Shown here piece by piece: positions 54,214-56,400 of a stretch of 56,400 nucleotides of DNA. This stretch comes from Bacteroidales bacterium (GTDB lineage: Bacteria > Bacteroidota > Bacteroidia > Bacteroidales > F082). The position numbers were made by a program, and so were the translations under genes. Within the stretch, counting starts at the first letter, position 1. Every line of letters starts with the position of its first letter. Under the pieces are notes generated by a model that searched no databases, was not told where the DNA came from, and saw nothing but the letters and a program-made list of their open reading frames with translations. The stretch covers positions 1 to 56,400 of the forward strand of contig WGDP01000205.1 in the NCBI GenBank assembly GCA_015493215.1, given 5' to 3'.

Positions 54214-56400
54214 ATGAAACTCAATAATATTATTTTTTCCGATCCGGTTTTTAATGAAAAACAATCGGCTTGGATTGAACATATACCTTTTGCGTTTTTT
54301 TTAGCTGACGTGTTGAAACCCAAGATATTTATTGAGCTGGGAACACACTATGGTAATTCTTATTTCGCCTTTTGTCAGGCAATTAAAAAACTGGATATTG
54401 AAACGAAGGCATACGCTGTTGATACATGGGAGGGTGATGAACATGCGGGGTTTTATGGTAATGAAGTTTTTAATTATGTTAACAAAATAAATAACGATAA
54501 TTTCTCTCATTTTTCCAATCTGCTTAAACTGACATTTGACGATGCGCTAAATTATTTTAGTGACAATAGTGTTGATTTGTTGCACATTGACGGATTGCAT
54601 ACTTATGAAGCTGTTAAACATGATTTCGAAAACTGGCTACCCAAGATGAGTGACAAAGGGGTAATTATTTTGCACGATACAAATGTTCACAGCCGGGGTT
54701 TCGGAGTGTGGAAACTTATGGAAGAGATAAAAAAAGAATTTTCCTCAACAGAGTTTATTCATGGCCATGGCTTGGGAGTGGTTTGTGTGGGGAAAAGAGT
54801 GGATAAAGAGTTTCATGAATTTGTCAGCACCTTAAACAATGAAACTTTTGTTAAAAATATATTTGCTCATCTTGGCAGGAAGGTGTCGTTATTTCAACAG
54901 GTTAACAGTTTGAAAACTGAAGTTAATAATCAACGTCAAACATTAAAAGCCAAGGATAAATTAATACGGGAAAAGCTGAATAAAATAGATAAATTAAACA
55001 ATGCCGTTACAGCCACTGAATCCCTGAGCGAAACGTATAATCTGTTGAAAAATAAATTCGAAGTTATTAGAGTTAGATTGGAAGATAAAAAGATAGACAG
55101 CGAATACTTAAAAACACATTTAGAGGAGGCTTTGTTTAATTATAAAGCTATAAACGAAGAATTAAAAAGCATTAATAAAAAATTTAATAAAGTACTTGAA
55201 GTTAAGAACAGGCAAATAGAAAAGTTAATTAAGAGCAACACTGAACTTATTCAACTATCAAACGAAAAAGATAAGTTGATAAGTAATTTACATTTAAAAA
55301 TAAACGAATTAAATAACAGAGTGACTGATTCTGAAAAAAAACAACATAATTCGATTTTTAACAAACAGCTTAATAAGCTTCAAAACGCCAAACATATAAG
55401 CAAGATAAAAGCAGAGATACATTATTTTAACAATAAAAAATTAATTGCTTCAAGCGGCCTGTTTGATGAAGATTATTATCTGACCCAAAATCCCGATGTA
55501 AAAAGCAGCAAAATAAATCCTTTAAGACATTATATTCTGCATGGAGCTTATGAAGGACGGATTCCATCAACTAAATTTAACGGTAATTTTTATCTGTTAA
55601 AATATCCTGATGTTCGCAAAGCGGGGATAAATCCTTTGATCCATTATTTACTGCATGGAAAAAAAGAAGGCCGTATGGCAATACCACCGGTGTCAAAAAA
55701 AACAATGCAATCACCGATAACAAAGAACTCTCAACCGGAAAACGACCATTTATATGAACCAAATGTTTATGAAGTTGCCCAAAGGGTCATAGATTATTGG
55801 AACAAAAAGGGAAAAAACAATAAAATTGTTGTTTATACTGCTTTGGTGGGCGATTACGATGAACTTAAAATACCCGAATGCTTAAACCCTGAAATTGATT
55901 ACGTATGCTTTAGTAATTATTTTTATGGAGGTCCGAATCCATGGAAAATAAAGTATATAGATTACTTTGATGAAGACCAAACTAAAATAGCTAGATATTA
56001 TAAATTAAACCCTCATAAACTATTTCCTGATTATGATATTGCAATTTGGATTGATGCAACATTACTAATAAAGAGAGGTAATGATTTTAAAGAATTAATA
56101 GAAAAACATACTTTGAGTAATAAAATAGTGTCGGTTGCAAAACATCCAAATAGACCTGATGTATATTCTGAAGCTGAAGCTTGTATGCACCTGAAAAAAG
56201 ATACTTCAGGTATAATTGAGAAACAAATCAATTATTACAAAAAAGAAGGGTTACCAAGAGATCATATCTTAGCAGAAACAATGCTTTTGATTAGCAATCT
56301 TAACAATCAAAAAACTATAAAGTTTTTTAATGATTGGTGGAATCAAATATTGACATATTCAAAAAGAGACCAGATAAGTTTGTCTTATGTATTATTCAAT
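54214..56400 (+). CDS. Multidomain polysaccharide-modifying protein: class I methyltransferase, ~190-aa coiled coil, tandem NP(D)V...NPL.HY..HG..EGR repeats, DUF616-type glycosyltransferase (3' end outside window)
   Basis: This ORF is not in the supplied track. ATG at 54214 opens a frame with no stop through base 56400 (729 codons, read codon by codon). Motifs are IELGTHYGNSYFAFCQ...DTWEGDEHAG...LLHIDGLHTYEAVKHDF...VIILHDT, a K/N/E/L heptad-rich middle, and VVYTALVGDYDELK...AIWIDA...KRDQISLSYV. Confidence 0.75.
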   Translation, partial: MKLNNIIFSDPVFNEKQSAWIEHIPFAFFLADVLKPKIFIELGTHYGNSYFAFCQAIKKLDIETKAYAVDTWEGDEHAGFYGNEVFNYVNKINNDNFSHFSNLLKLTFDDALNYFSDNSVDLLHIDGLHTYEAVKHDFENWLPKMSDKGVIILHDTNVHSRGFGVWKLMEEIKKEFSSTEFIHGHGLGVVCVGKRVDKEFHEFVSTLNNETFVKNIFAHLGRKVSLFQQVNSLKTEVNNQRQTLKAKDKLIREKLNKIDKLNNAVTATESLSETYNLLKNKFEVIRVRLEDKKIDSEYLKTHLEEALFNYKAINEELKSINKKFNKVLEVKNRQIEKLIKSNTELIQLSNEKDKLISNLHLKINELNNRVTDSEKKQHNSIFNKQLNKLQNAKHISKIKAEIHYFNNKKLIASSGLFDEDYYLTQNPDVKSSKINPLRHYILHGAYEGRIPSTKFNGNFYLLKYPDVRKAGINPLIHYLLHGKKEGRMAIPPVSKKTMQSPITKNSQPENDHLYEPNVYEVAQRVIDYWNKKGKNNKIVVYTALVGDYDELKIPECLNPEIDYVCFSNYFYGGPNPWKIKYIDYFDEDQTKIARYYKLNPHKLFPDYDIAIWIDATLLIKRGNDFKELIEKHTLSNKIVSVAKHPNRPDVYSEAEACMHLKKDTSGIIEKQINYYKKEGLPRDHILAETMLLISNLNNQKTIKFFNDWWNQILTYSKRDQISLSYVLFN

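Noticed and set aside
54301-54510. Track ORFs 54301-54510, 55577-55762 and 56031-56231 on the minus strand
   Set aside because: All three are antisense to the continuous 729-codon plus-strand frame that carries the methyltransferase and DUF616 motifs.
1-56400. tRNA, rRNA, tmRNA, integrase/transposase or prophage signatures that would mark a mobile island
   Set aside because: Scanning the intergenic regions showed no T-loop-type GTTCGAATC/GGTTCRANYC motifs with cloverleaf context. No rRNA-like stretches and no transposase or integrase-like ORFs were seen. A covariance-model scan (tRNAscan-SE, Infernal) is still needed to exclude small RNAs.

Overview
This window appears to be chromosomal DNA from a Bacteroidota genome, probably Bacteroidia or Marinilabiliales-like. 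I infer that from the conserved nadK / OM barrel / uppS / bamA / ompH / ompH block, from TAnnTTTG -7 promoter boxes, and from the many lipoproteins, TPR hybrid kinases and Reg_prop repeats.

Bases 1-33 kb are mostly housekeeping:
- three aminoacyl-tRNA synthetases (glnS, proS, metG)
- udk, corA, selU and a Fic protein
- a TolC/HlyD/ABC-2 exporter

Bases 33.8-47.3 kb form a dense accessory redox/sulfur island, which is the most interesting part. It has three pieces:
- A plus-strand five-gene cluster of secreted or lipoprotein genes: repeated CX4CH/CXXCH cytochrome-c-like modules, an OB-fold protein, YceI and a beta-barrel.
- A converging minus-strand seven-gene operon, psrA-psrB-psrC-yeeE-yeeE-rhd-rhd. 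Its two rhodanese-like proteins lack the catalytic Cys but share an identical basic C-terminal tail ending in SGGC.
- An upstream minus-strand pair: a doubly anchored octaheme cytochrome c, and a PhsC-type cytochrome b fused to two PAS domains with no output domain.

Bases 47.5-56.4 kb are a polysaccharide locus with GT2, a WcaJ-like initiating transferase, GT1/DUF1972 and a dual methyltransferase. It also holds a long methyltransferase / coiled-coil / DUF616 ORF that runs off the 3' edge and is missing from the supplied ORF track.

I recognised no rRNA, tRNA, CRISPR array, transposase or integrase. All calls come from reading motifs, repeats and frames by eye. No database search was run, so family names are recognitions to be confirmed by HMM or BLAST.
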